DNA from: Octopus vulgaris
Lineage: Eukaryota
Assembly (NCBI GenBank): GCA_951406725.2
Contig: OX597821.1
Coordinates: 63,922,001 to 63,986,000 of the forward strand
Length of the DNA: 64,000 nucleotides
Direction of reading: 5' to 3'
Positions 1-13,171 of the stretch are shown piece by piece. A program made the position numbers and the translations under genes. The notes under the pieces were generated by a model, which worked only from the letters and a program-made list of their open reading frames with translations, was not told the origin of the DNA and ran no database searches. The stretch's first letter is position 1; the number at the start of each line of letters is the position of its first letter.

Positions 1-1352
1 TCTACTCCATAGCCCAAAATATCAAAATCAGACCATTGCTAATAAAAATTATTCTTTACAATACTATATATATGTGTATTCAGGTATTCGTTTGTTGTTT
101 TATTTTTAGAAAACAAATCATTAAAAACAAACTCTTTTGATGAAGTATTTGTTATAAATATTTCCCATGCTGTGATTGCCCGCTAGAAACCAGAATCACA
201 TTAGCAGAGAAAGCACAGAAAATGCAAAATAGCTATAACTATATAGTTTTCGTTATCGAGAATATAATTCAATTTATCGCTTTTAATACCAGAGGGCAGT
301 AAATGAGACATTATTTCTTTAAATCTATGTTTTGTTAGACAATGGTTTATTGCAAATGTCTGATTTTCTTTCTTAAGTTTCCATTCATGATTTCTGTTGT
401 ATTCAAATCTGCATGAATTCAGCACAACAAACATTATAAATTTGCCAAGTCACTCCAACATATCGATTAAGAGTTTCTTTTTTGTTTTGTTTTGTCTTGA
501 TTTCTTCCCCTTTTTTTTCTTTTCAAAATACTGTCTGATATTTTTTTTAAATGGTACCAATGTGGATTTGTTGAAATCATTTTTGAACTGAAGACAAAAA
601 AAAAACAAAAAAACAAACGAATAAAAGGCAGATAGAAAATTTAGTGCTTCAAAAGCGAACATATATGACAAAAAGAGAAGAGATAAGATGGAAGTAAAGA
701 TATGGCCAAACCTTGCTTTAATAGAGATTAAAATATTTTTTAAATCAGTTAGAGAGAGAGAGAGAAGGAGACGTATTGTTCAAAATATTGTGAAAAAGCC
801 AACATACAATAATGTTAGGAGTTACTACACAGCTGCACAGTGGCATAGAAAACTACCTGTGTCTATAATAAAAGCTATAGAAAGCAGTAGTTTAAATGAA
901 TATTAAATAGAAATAAAATAGGGTAAAAATGAAAACGGTGAATTAACAGAATCGCTAAAGCAGAGATCAAAATTCTGTGCCACTGGCTTTCTGCCCTCTA
1001 AGGTTAAATCTTACCGAAGTCTTTCATTTTCGTCATTCGTCCTTTCGGAGACGATGAACTGGTATGACATCAAAGTCAGCGATTTTGGCGAATTTAAAGC
1101 GTTGGATGCGATTTCTTGTGATATTTGTTCAGCTTCTATATGACCTGTGGTTGTATGAGGCAGATTTCATCCTCCACCTAAAACCACCACTTAGTTCTTA
1201 GGTGTATTTAGCGAAATTTATTCTCTTTCTATTATTCGGTTCAGAGCTTCATTTTCAAAACTCTCTCCCTTCTTTCCGCCAGTCTTTGAGGCCCGGTAAT
1301 CATAGAAGGTTATAGGCGTTTCACCTCACTAAATAAATAAACTAAATAAATA

Positions 1353-1461
1353 GGCGCAGGCGTGGCTACGTGGTAAGAAACTTGCTTCCCAACCACATGG
1401 TTCTGGGTTCAGTCCCACTCCGTGGCACATAAAGCCAGTATCTTCTACTATATCCTCGGGC
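1353..1461 (+). mobile_element. Family A SINE head only
   Basis: GGCGCAGGCGTGGCT...GGGTTCAGTCCCACT...CTCGGGC. Confidence 0.75.
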
Positions 1462-1856
1462 TATAGAGACAGTGTCAAGTACAGTTAGACACTCACCAAG
1501 GAGCTCTTCGATATGACAGCAGCATACAGCTCAGCTTCTAGAACAAAACACCATACCCGCGAGAGAAATACAAATAGAGACACGTTATAATCTACATGAC
1601 TAAAGAATTAATTTTCTTAATCAATACGCACACTTCCACAATGACAAGAAATTTCATGAATTCTTTACAAGCAATATGAATATGTGTGTTCTTTTTCTTT
1701 TTTGGGGAAATATCAATTATTTTTGTAAGCGTCTTTCAACATAAATGCGCACAAAATAAACGCTATGCCGATAATGTTTATACAGGCCTGAAAGTAGGAT
1801 ACGAAGAGCCCCAGGAAGTGCAATCAGAGCATACACATTGAAATCTAAATGTGCGT

Positions 1857-1926
<70 letters not shown>

Positions 1927-2063
1927 CTGTGTATCTCTGTGTGTATATGTATGTATATATATATATATATACGCAAATGTAAGCAGACGTATGCAAGGAC
2001 ATGCATGCATTGACAAACATATATACAGCAGACACACTCAAACACATGCACACGTACACACGA

Positions 2064-2353
2064 TGCAGACTTTGTGGAGTTCTCACTGAAGATATCATCC
2101 ACATCATAAGCAGTTGTCCGAAAATGTCATCGCGGTATTGAGATATCTGCAATTACTCTATCCAGATTACAAGTTCAGGCTTACACCTGTAACTATTAGG
2201 GCCCTGGGATATGTAACACACTGGCTTAATACCAATCTTGAGAAATTAGGCTTCACAAAACCAGAAAGGAAAAAGATAATTCGAGGGCTACAGATCCAAT
2301 CCAATACTGGAACAGTAAAAATCTGTAAAACTTTCCAGACGTTTATCCTTTAA
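2064..2353 (+). mobile_element. R4/Dong-like (RLE) non-LTR retrotransposon 3' fragment
   Basis: CRLCGVLTEDIIHIISSCPKM (CCHC) fused by deletion to LQLLYPDYKFRLTPVTIRALG...TVKICKTF, typical of the restriction-like endonuclease C-terminus. Confidence 0.7.
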
Positions 2354-2661
2354 ATATAAACGAACGTGTCTAGATATGTAACTATATGCATGAGAATACA
2401 TACACAAAACATAGAAATCTGCACATGCATACATACATACATACATACATACATACATACATACATACATACATACATACATACATACATACATACATAC
2501 ATACATACATACATACAAAGTATATATATGTTAACCTGTCTGGTTGGAAGCAAATCCTTAATTCATGCTCTACAAATGATCACGATATCTCGGACGATAA
2601 AAATTTACTCTGAATTAAAAGGAATAAGATAACGTACATAAATACATACATATGTTTGTGC

Positions 2662-2706
<45 letters not shown>

Positions 2707-2811
2707 CATACATACATACATTTGTGTGTATGTGTGCGTGTGTATGAATTTATTTATGTACACAGACATACAAACATCTACTCTATTGATATGTTTGCGT
2801 GTGGATATATA

Positions 2812-3629
2812 CTTGGCCTGAACAATAAATATCCGGTTTGTTGCCATAGTAACGAAGCTAAAGCAAACAGCGTAAAGCCGCTTCACGCAAGTTGACTTTC
2901 AACTATGCTTTGCATGCGCACTAAATTTTAACGTTCCAGTTCACTTCCGCTGTTTACAGCAGTGCTTGGAAGCAAGGTGTGTAGTGTGTGATCGTCGCAT
3001 TGACCATGAGCAGAAAATCTGCATAAAATTCTGCAAAAACCTTGGTGATGACTGCGCAGAGGCCTGGGCAAAGGTTTCAAAAAAAGTTCTTATCGTTCTC
3101 GACGCGATAAAGGAGATCGTCATGGTCAGCTGGAAGCAGTGTTGGCGCAGACTTCGTAGACTTGGGACTTCCATGCTAATGGACTGAACTGAACTCTAAC
3201 TAATCTGCATATCTGATAATTCACGGACGGTGATTGGACGATTTCCCCTTACAGCTGCACCCACATTTCTGATGATCTTTCCAAGTTCTGCTGGTTGCAG
3301 CTCTCCCAGAATGCTTGTCAATATCGACATTTTTTTTTTGGTCATCTTAGAAACGTCTGACCCGCTCATACACTTGTGTGCAACTCATACAAATCTCTCC
3401 ATATACTTTGTGCAACCATGTGTAGGCCTCTGAGAAGGTATCGCCATGACAACTTTCTCTGTCATGGTGAATGCGACGATCACACACTACAGACGTTCTT
3501 TCCAAGCATGCTGTAAACGGCGGAAGTGAGCTACGACGTTAAAACTTTGTTTTTACCAAGGAGCTACATTCTGCATGCTTTAGCTTCGTTACTATGGCAA
3601 CAGTCTAGATACTTATTGATCAGATCTCG
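2812..3629. mobile_element. Mariner-derived non-autonomous element built from two inverted 5' ends
   Basis: TA-flanked. Long diverged TIR containing TGTTGCCATAGTAACGAAGCTAAAGCA at both ends. Plus strand EQKICIKFCKNLG; minus strand KVYGEICMSCTQVYE...HSGR...NRPITVREL (N-terminal HTH region of a mariner transposase). Confidence 0.75.
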
Positions 3630-3659
3630 TATACATACTCACACATATGTATATAAATA

Positions 3660-3799
3660 TACGATGGGCTTCTTTCAGTTTCCGTCTACCAGATCCACTC
3701 ACACGGCTTTCGTCGACCCAACGCTATGATAGAAGATGCCAGCCCAACGTGACACGCAGTGGGTATGAACCGGAACCATGAAGTCGGGAAACAAGAAAT

Positions 3800-3878
<79 letters not shown>

Positions 3879-4032
3879 TATATATATATATATTCATATT
3901 CGACGGGCTTCTTTCAGTTTCCGTATACCAAGTTCGCTTACAAGGCTTTGGTCAGCGTGAGACTTTAGTAGAAGACACCTGCCCAAGGGCCACGCAGTGG
4001 GCCTGAATAAGGAACCATGTGGTTGGGAAACA
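3660..4032 (-). mobile_element. Two partial family A SINE 5' halves separated by (CA)n(TA)n
   Basis: 3660-3800 and 3900-4032 match the 5' half of family A. Confidence 0.75.
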
Positions 4033-4069
4033 AGATATACATATATATATAACACTTTACACACAGACA

Positions 4070-4191
<122 letters not shown>

Positions 4192-4697
4192 AGAGAAAGA
4201 CAGGGAGAGAGGGAAGGTGATAAATTTTGAGATGTATCAAAGAGTGGGAATCTACTTAATACATGCCTGTGTATGTCTGTCAGAACGATATGTGATTTTC
4301 TGTATGTGGTGCCTATAGACTGAATCAATAGTCGTATAACTATATGTGGTGTTTCTGTGAAATTGCAACAAGACCGACACATAAAACCGCCATATTTATA
4401 TTACTTAGGTCAAGTTGTTAATCACTTTCGTTATTTCTTCCTACTTCCTTTTCCTTTTCAATGATGAGATTTCCGGTTGTCTAACAACATCATGACTACT
4501 GTCACATATATCTGTTTATGTAAATGTGTTCGCCTATGTATGCATATTTAGGTGTGTGTCTGTTGTGTTTGCGTATGTGTGTGTGTGATTGTGTTTCGTG
4601 TATGTATGTCTTCATGTGTGTATCATGTAAGCATATATATTTATGGTGTGTATATAGATAGAGAGAATGAGAGATAGATAGATATATACATACATAC

Positions 4698-4736
<39 letters not shown>

Positions 4737-4884
4737 TACAGATATAGATATTTATATATGTGGATAGATATATAGTAATATAGATGAGCATGTGTATAAA
4801 ATGAACGTGTATATGCATAGACAAACAAGCATTCAAGCAAGCAGAGAGACTGACATACAGGTAGGCAGGCAGACACACAGGCAA

Positions 4885-4979
<95 letters not shown>

Positions 4980-5528
4980 CTTGTTTAAAAGCCTGTACCC
5001 ATATATATTCATATGCAGTCGCATTTCTATACAGAAGCCAACAGCTGATAACCATACTCACACGAACACACTTCGGCATGCCTAAATGCATACATTTATG
5101 CATATATAGACATGACTGTGTTTGTAAATGCATACATGTGGCGAGGAGGGTTGATATGGAATTGACACAGAAAGGATATATGCATTGTTGCACATATAAT
5201 CAACCAACGTACATATATATGATACATTTATATACACAAGAATTCTTTCTAGATGCCTGAAACATATCTCCGTTGAAGCGTGTAGTGAAAAGCAACAGGC
5301 AGTTTCAAGTGCCAAATTCTAAAACTTGAGGGACATCAGTTACTGAAGCGTTCGACCGGAATTTCTCTGGGTATCTGACTTTTACAAGCATGACTTTATG
5401 TGACATCTGATTGTACAGAGAGGAGATCTATTTATCAACGGCTCTTATCACAAAAACGATCTTCATGTTTATTGATTGAATTTACCGATATCTACGTGGA
5501 TAAATGTATTCAGAACACACATACACAC

Positions 5529-5567
<39 letters not shown>

Positions 5568-5811
5568 TAGAAATTCAGAGATATTCCTACACGTAGCAGA
5601 CCATTACTGCGTTGTAAATCTTGCTAGATCTGCACATATATTGTATGTTACCATTCCGAGTTTAACGATTAAATCTAATCACGTAACCCTGATCCCTTTT
5701 GCTATCAACGGGGTAGACGGACACATTTATAATTAGACACAAAGTGATGTACAAACACGCACATACACATAAACACACACATACACACAAATACACACAC
5801 ACACGCATAAT

Positions 5812-6201
5812 CTTTTACTCTTTTACACGTATACTTGATTCAGTCATTTGAATGCAACCATGCTGGAGCACCCCCTTTAGTCGAACAAATCGACCCCAGG
5901 ACTTATTCTTTGTAAGCCTAGTACTTATTCTATCGGTCTCTTTAGCCGAACCACTAAGTTCCGGGGACATAAATACACTACCATCGATTGTTCATGTTGT
6001 GAGACAAACACAAACAAACAAACATATACACACACATACATGTATACGACGGGCTTTTTTCAGTTTCCGTCTACCAAATCCACTCACAAGGATTTGGTCG
6101 GCCCAAACCTACAGTAGACACTTGACGAAGGTGCTACGCAGTGGGACTCAAACCGAAACCATGTGGTTAGTAAGAAAGCGACTTACCACACAGCCTATAA
6201 A

Positions 6202-6251
<50 letters not shown>

Positions 6252-6467
6252 ATACACATATACTCTTTTACTTATTTCAGTCATTTGACTGTAGCCATGC
6301 TACGACGGGATTCTTTCAGATTCCGTCAACCAAATCCACTCACACGGCTTTGGTCGGCCCGAGTCTATAGTAGAAGATACTTGCCCAAGGTGCTACGCAG
6401 TAGGACTGAACCCGGAACTATGTGGTTGGTAAGCAAGCTACTTACCTCACAGCCACTTCTACGCCTT

Positions 6468-6501
<34 letters not shown>

Positions 6502-6718
6502 TATATACATAGATATATGTGTGTGCGTGCACATATTTGTGTATATGCTTGTCCTACTATCCGTCGCTTGATGTTACATATATACGACGGGATTCTTTCA
6601 GTTTCCATCTACTAAATCCACTCACAAGGCTTTGGTTGGCTCGAGAATATAGTAGAGGACACTTGCCCAAGGTGCCACGCAGGACAACTGAACCTGGAAC
6701 CATATAGCCACTCCTACG

Positions 6719-6720
<2 letters not shown>
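5812..6720 (-). mobile_element. Cluster of three family A SINE copies (5812-6195, 6262-6465, 6583-6720)
   Basis: Repeated CGACGGG...CAGTTTCC...CCACTCAC...CACAGCC blocks separated by (TA)n. Confidence 0.8.
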
Positions 6721-6761
<41 letters not shown>

Positions 6762-7649
6762 AATATTAGGGAATAAATCCAAACTTACAGGGAAAAATCA
6801 GATTTAGGATTGAATCCAATTTTATAGTAAAATATTATATTATATTAAATTATGAAATATTTCTCTTTTGGAACATTGGATCTCGAGCATATCAGCATAA
6901 AAGTTATAAATAATAGCATGTAAAGATTGGGTTGAAAGCCATTTCAGATAGAAAGTGTCGAAGGTTTTCTGTTGTATTATTTATAGCTTCGTGTGATGTT
7001 CTCCAGATGTAATATCCTAAAAAGAACTATTTCACGTTTTCTTGAACGTTTGTATAATTCATATGACGTAAAAAATATTTGTGTATGTATGTGCATGTGT
7101 TTGTGTGTGTATGTGTGTGTGAGTATGTGTGTGCGCGCGTGTGCGGGTATTTGTATGCGTGTGCGTGTGTGTGAAACATCCAAGAAGGCGTATGATACTC
7201 GAAATTTTCGATCCGCTGATTATTTTTTCATCCAATACCTGTTGTGTTGCTTACAATGGAACTTTTTGTTTTACTGCTCACTCGTTTGTAGCACTGTTTA
7301 AGGGACATTTCGTCATATGTGTCACGCACATCTGCCTGTGTACACCTCAGAGAATATCTTGTAAAATACCTTTCGTTTCATATGTATGTTCCAGTTTCCT
7401 TTCATCTTAACCGGGGACTGCAGATTTGGAGACAGAATTATGGGTTTCTAGATAAACCACAGACGAGAAAAATCCTTACACAAAGGACGGGTGTTGGTAC
7501 AACTATAAAATCTTATTTGTGGTTACAATAAATTTGATGTCAAATGTGGGACTCATTCCTGGAGAAAGATTTGATCTTGGATTTCTATAATAGAAAATTA
7601 TTCGCCACAATTAAATTCATTTGTGCTATGTTTGTTAAAACGGTGAAGT

Positions 7650-8025
7650 GGCTGAGACGTTAACGTTTTGCAGAAAAGTGCTCAGCAGTATTTCGTTCCG
7701 TCCTGATTTCAAATACTTGAAATCTTGGTCAGCTTTGCTTTTTATCCTTTAGGGATCAATAAAATAAGTAGTAGTTGAGTACTGGGGTCAATGTAATCTA
7801 CTACAGTCCTCCTACAAAATTTCAAGCCTTGTGCTTCTAGCAGAAGGAATTATTATTATTATTAAATTACTAGTTTCATTTTGTCCGTCTTCTCCTTCAT
7901 ATTACGCCGAGGTTGACTTTCATCCTTGCGCGGCCTATAAATTAAGTACCAATTGAGTACTGGGATTGATGTAATCGACTATGCCCTTCCCCTAAATTTT
8001 AGGTCTTGTACCTATAATAGAAAGG

Positions 8026-8077
<52 letters not shown>
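7650..8077 (+). mobile_element. Two family B SINEs with the alternative tail ending (ATT)n
   Basis: Same body, then CCCT..AAATTTyAGGyCTTGTrCCTATArTAGAAAGG-(ATT)n. Confidence 0.7.
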
Positions 8078-8078
<1 letters not shown>

Positions 8079-8498
8079 CCTCATCATCATCATCGATGTT
8101 GTTGTTGCTGTTTTTATTTGCTTTCTAATTTCTTTCTTTTTCGACAAATGTTTTCGTCATAATTTTCGCCCGATCTTTTAACACGAGTCGTTACGATAAT
8201 TCAAGAAAGAAGTAATCTAGTCAAGATACAGTGAAATGGTAAACCCACAAATGAAGGACAACAATATATTCACAACAGCCAATGAAAATGTGTGTTGTCT
8301 ATGTTACAGAAAATCATGGTTGTCCCACAACATATCTCGGGTGTCTCTGATGCTAGTTTTACTGTATATTAACAACTTGACCAAAATTGTGATAACTGGG
8401 GAATTAATTCTGAATTTCTGAAAGTGCATTTAAAAACGTACATTATAATTCGACGACAAGCAAAAATGGCTTTCTTTGAGATGTAAGTTTGAGCAACA

Positions 8499-8909
8499 GG
8501 CGCAGGCGTGGCTATAGGGTAAGAAGCATGCTTCCCACCTACACGGTTCCGGGTTCAGTTTCCCTGCCCGACATCTTGGGCGAGTGTCTTCTCCTATAGC
8601 CTCGGGCCGACCAGAACCTTCTGGGTGGATTTTAGGAGACGGAAACTGAAAGCGGATCATCGTATATATGTATATATATATATGTGTGCGTGTGTGTGTT
8701 TTTGTGTCTGTGTTTGCCCCCTCCAACATCGCTTGACAACCGATGCTGGTGTGCTTACGTCTCCGTAACTTATCGGTTCGGCAAAAGATACCGATAGAAA
8801 AAATTCTAGGCTTACAAAGAATAATTCATGGGGTCGATATGCTCGACTAAAGGTAGTGCTCCAGCATGGACACAGTCAAATGACTGAAACAAGTACAATA
8901 GTAAAAGAG
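8499..8909 (+). mobile_element. SINE family A (tRNA head, CORE-like segment, internal (TA)n(TG)n, CR1-like tail), full length
   Basis: GGCGCAGG(A/C)GTGGCT A box, GGTTCAG B box, CTTGGGCRAGTGTCTT, tail CCAGCATGGxCxCAGTCAAATGACTGAAAC; many copies in the window. Confidence 0.85.
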
Positions 8910-9074
8910 TTATATGAAAGAATCCACATATAATGTGGTTGTCAGTTAAAGAAAATAATTTAAAATCAAATAACAAATGGCAAAGTAATTCTGCATTTTA
9001 TAGTGAAAGAAAAAAAGAAATATTGTCCACATAATTTGGAATTAATATTTAAATAGTTACAAATATATGGGCTG

Positions 9075-9275
9075 GAATAGTCAGTGCTATGCTGAAAAAA
9101 TTGCTTAGCGGTATTTTTCCGACTTTACACACTGATTTCAAATTTCACCAAAGTCGACATTGCCTTTCATCTTTTCGGAGTTGATAAAATAAATACCAGT
9201 TGAGTACTGGGAACGCTGTAATCGACTTACCCTCTCTACCAAAATTACTGACTGTGTGACAAAATTGGAAACCAA
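9075..9275 (+). mobile_element. SINE family B, alternative tail
   Basis: GTCGACATTGCCTTTCATCTTTTCGGAGTTGATAAAATAAATACCAG body. Confidence 0.65.
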
Positions 9276-9326
9276 TATTTAAAGAATTACAACGTTGCAG
9301 CTTGTCTCAAAGACAAAAATGGGGCC

Positions 9327-10770
9327 GAAATTGAATATCTCGGTTATCTGATTCGTGCATCTGGAAAAAGTTAATCCGGAAAGAATACCGATGGTATTAA
9401 ATATTTTCTAATTCCCCACAAAAAATCGATTGAAATATTAGCATTTATTTCGGATGTCGGGTATTATCGCACTTTCACTAAAAAAATGGCAAATATTACA
9501 GCACGCTTTCACGATTTAGCATGAAAGAAAACCAATCAGATAATTATTAAGGAAGTTTTAAGACTTAAAGTGTCTACTGATTTGAGACTACAGAGCTTAA
9601 ACAATGTAATGAAAATTTGCTTCTAATTTTAACACAAGACACTTGATGTTGGAGCAATTCTTTCTTTTACCACACGAATATAGAGGATAAATAGCCACAG
9701 TTGATGCACCAAAATAAATGTACATAACTGTTTGCAGATAGATAAAGAAAAAATAGATTATTTTCCTAAATTCGATCTCCTCACTTTCATTCAGTTCCCA
9801 CATAGAAACATTCTGAATTTATCACTGACCATCAATCACTAAGACAGACATCCAGGTTAAATAAGATTATACCGAAAATTAAGTCTCGCTGACTGCTTCT
9901 TTGGACTATCCTCTTAACATTAGACAATAATATATATCATTTATAGATTCCAAACGTGGAGGCACCTGGCCTAGTGGTTAGAGCAGCGAACTCACGGTCG
10001 AGGGATCGCGGGGTTCGAATCACAGACAGGGCGATGTCTGTGTTTATGAGCGAATAACCTAAGCTCCACGCGGCTCCGGTATGCGACGGACCGGCGTCCT
10101 GTCCAGGTGGGGAACCTACATCCCAAGGAAACCGGAAAACCGGCCCTAATGAGCCAGGCGTGGTTCGAGAAGAAGCAAACAACATAGATTCCAAACAACT
10201 CAGAAATGTCCGTACTTTCTAAATTCGAAATAACGTCAAATCATAAACGAATGTCTAGATAGAATACTGGTTGCTGCTAAAAAAAATCAAATCAGTCAAG
10301 AAGTCTAATATTGATATAAATCAAATTAAACAGTTCCTCCATAAGGGTTGGCTAAGAAACTAAATATTAAATTTGATCTTCTAAGAGAATATTTGAGATA
10401 ATTAGAAGAAATAAATTGTCATGGGAATTTATTAATTTTTGCAGTCAAGTTTTCCAAGAGTAATTATTCTTAAAATATTACAAAATGCAATTTTTACTCC
10501 ACTACATGTAGGTCACTGTGGTATGCCCTTAATAGGGAGAATACTTTTCGTAGACAGTGCTACTGGCCAAAAATATAATTCTGTGTAAAAGCAATAGTAA
10601 AAACACAAGTCAACAATCAGCCAGTTGCTAGGGCAACTGTTAAAAAATATATAGAAGCATTTTGAATAACTAAAAATATTTTTTTACTATGACAATAAAA
10701 GCATATCCGCTGAGCCGAACATTTTACAGTAAAATGTAGTTAATTATTGTTGATATGTTCTCTAAATTTC
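9327..10770 (+). mobile_element. Highly decayed Gypsy/Ty3 pol remnant interrupted by a SINE
   Basis: EIEYLGYLI...VGYYRTFTKKMANITARFHDL (RT/RNase H linker); LLHVGHCGMP...RQCYWPK (integrase Zn finger); LIIVDMFSKF (integrase core). Many stops. Confidence 0.65.
9956..10182 (+). mobile_element. SINE family C, internally deleted
   Basis: Same head and tail as 45860-46162, missing ~70 bp. Confidence 0.8.
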
Positions 10771-10869
10771 TCCATATTTCATCGAAGATATTATCAAGAC
10801 GTGAAAATTTTGTAAGACGTCGGAATACATTTGTCACTTAAGGACAAAAGTGTGTGTATGTGTGTGTGC

Positions 10870-11087
10870 GTGTGTCCATGTGTCTGTATTTGTCTCCCAA
10901 CCGACGCTTCACGACCCGTGGCGGTGTGTTTACGTCCCCGTAACTTAGTTTTTCTGCAAAATAGACTGATAGAGTAAGTATCAAGTTTTAAAAATCAAAA
11001 TACCAGGGTCGATATGTTCGGTTAAAAATTCTTCAAAGCGGTGCCCCAGCATGGCCGCAGTCTAATGACTGAAACAAGCAAGAGAAA
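10870..11087 (+). mobile_element. Family A SINE 3' half
   Basis: GTGTTTACGTCCCCGTAACTTAG...CCAGCATGGCCGCAGTCTAATGACTGAAAC. Confidence 0.75.
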
Positions 11088-11969
11088 GGTACAATGAATT
11101 GATATATTTCTACTTTTCAGTATTTTCTCATGAATTTTAAATTGGAAAATTTAACGATGAGAAATGTTAGCAATATCTTCTTTAGAAAAGAGATAATAGT
11201 CGCTTCTATAATGTGATTTAACTATATAAATGATGATGCATTGGTTGAATAAATGCATCTTTATCACAGGTTTCCTTCAACATGTGAACACATTTCGAGA
11301 TAACCAATTGCTTAATAACGTATTAGCTTTCTCGAGCGAAATACAAAGAAACAAGATCTGTACTTGATGCGAAGCTAGATTCTAAGAACCAAGCTATAAT
11401 CACCCATTGCATTCCAATTATAATGAAGCTTTCTTAAATTACTTTTCTTTGTATATTTTTGTAGCAGTTTTTACATTTTTAAATGTTTATACTTTTTTTT
11501 TTTTTTACTTATTTCGGTTTGTATAAACCTCACTTCTTTCTTTTGATTTCAATAACGATAAATCTGAGCAGGTGTGAAAATCACGGAATATTGTTTAAAA
11601 ACTACTGGTAAACTCTTATAAATGATAAATATATTTTCTTTCTTCACCAATAGATAACAAAGAAGATCATAAGTGTTAAAGGTCATAGAGTGGTATTACT
11701 CCTATTGTTGGTCTTCAGATTTCTGATTCATTCATTTCTTTAGCAACGCAATACCAATAATAGCAATGGTGTTACTGCAGTAAATTATATGTGTGTGTAC
11801 ATCTTCCTGCATATATGTATATCAACGTGTGTGTGCGTGTTTCCGTGCATACATGGGTGTGTGTATCTGTGTGTATGTCTTTGGGTGTATGCATCAGTGG
11901 AATGAGTGTGAGCAGATGTATACGAATGTGTCCTTATTCACGAGTGTGTTTGTGGATAAAAATGGCTTT

Positions 11970-12305
11970 TGAAAGTAGGGATAGGTCGATTACATCGTCT
12001 CTTATACTTGACTAATACTTATTTTATCGGCGTCAATATGATAAAGGGCAAGGTTGCGGTTGGTGGGATTAGATCTCAGAATGTACACACGAACGAAATA
12101 TTGCTAAGCATTTTGCTCGGCATTTAAACGATTCTGCGAGCTCAGTGGCATTATATAAATAAGGACCAGTTCATTATATGCACAAGACCTGAAATTCTGG
12201 TGGGGGGGGCAGTCTTTTACGTCGACCCCAGTTCTCGAATGGTACTTATTTTATCGAACCCGCAAAGATGAAAGGCATTCAACCTCAGCGGAATTTGAAC
12301 TCAGA
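11970..12305 (-). mobile_element. Two diverged family B SINEs
   Basis: Reverse-complement body TTATTTTATCG...GATGAAAGGC...GGAATTTGAACTCAG occurs twice. Confidence 0.6.
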
Positions 12306-12439
12306 GTATGTGGATAATAATAATTCTATTTTTGCCGAGAGTTTCATATCTCACTACTATTAAAATTACCTCCACATTCAACATCACCACCACCACCACC
12401 AGCTCATCTAACATTAACAACAATATCATATATATATAT

Positions 12440-12636
12440 CTTGCCATGATAGATCGATAGCCACTACATGCATTTTTTCTCTCTTTGTTTTTTTCTGCGT
12501 CCCTTTCTGTAGAAGAGCGTAGGTTCGAAACGTAAAATACTTTTTCCTATTCCTGAGCGTTATACTAATACATCTGTTTGTTTTGTACACCACCTGTCTT
12601 CGTCTTTTGTTGTTTTTTTTTCGTGAACTCTCCCCC

Positions 12637-12637
<1 letters not shown>
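12440..12637 (+). mobile_element. Short (TA)n-flanked repeat, probable PLE pLTR with degenerate hammerhead
   Basis: Near-identical to 12920-13108, and its 3' part recurs inverted at 53054-53133. Contains GAGCGTAGGTTC-GAAAC-GTA with a non-canonical 5' core (CTGTAGAAGA). Confidence 0.55.
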
Positions 12638-12664
<27 letters not shown>

Positions 12665-12668
<4 letters not shown>

Positions 12669-12866
12669 ACGTTTGTGTGTCTGTTTGTTCCCCAAGCATC
12701 GCTTGACAACCGATGCTGGTGTGTGTTCGTCCCCCTGTAACTTAGTGGTTCGGAATAAGAGACCGATAGAATAAGTACTAGGCTTACAAAGAATAAGCCC
12801 TGGGGGTCAATTTGCTTGACTAAAGACGGTGCTCCAACATGGCCACAGTCAAATGACTGAAACAAG
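12665..12866 (+). mobile_element. Family A SINE 3' half
   Basis: CATCGCTTGACAACCGATGCTGG...CAGTCAAATGACTGAAAC. Confidence 0.8.
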
Positions 12867-12919
12867 TATGCGTGTAAAAAAAAGTATATATATATATATA
12901 TATATATATATACTTTTTA

Positions 12920-13108
12920 GTCACCATGATAGATCGTTAGCCACTACACACATTTTTTTCTCTCCTAGTTTTTTCTGTGTCCCCTTCTGTAGAAGAGCGT
13001 AGCCTCGAAACGTAAAAGACTTTTTCTATTACTGAGCGCTATACTTATACATCTGTTTGTTTTGTACACCACCTGTCTTCGACTTTTGTTTTTTTCGTAA
13101 ACTCTCCC
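12920..13108 (+). mobile_element. Second copy of the (TA)n-flanked pLTR-like repeat
   Basis: Homologous to 12440-12637; flanked by (TA)n on both sides. Confidence 0.55.

Positions 13109-13171
<63 letters not shown>

Noticed and set aside
9956-10030. tRNA-like sequence
   Set aside because: SINE head with A/B boxes continuing into SINE body; not a tRNA gene.
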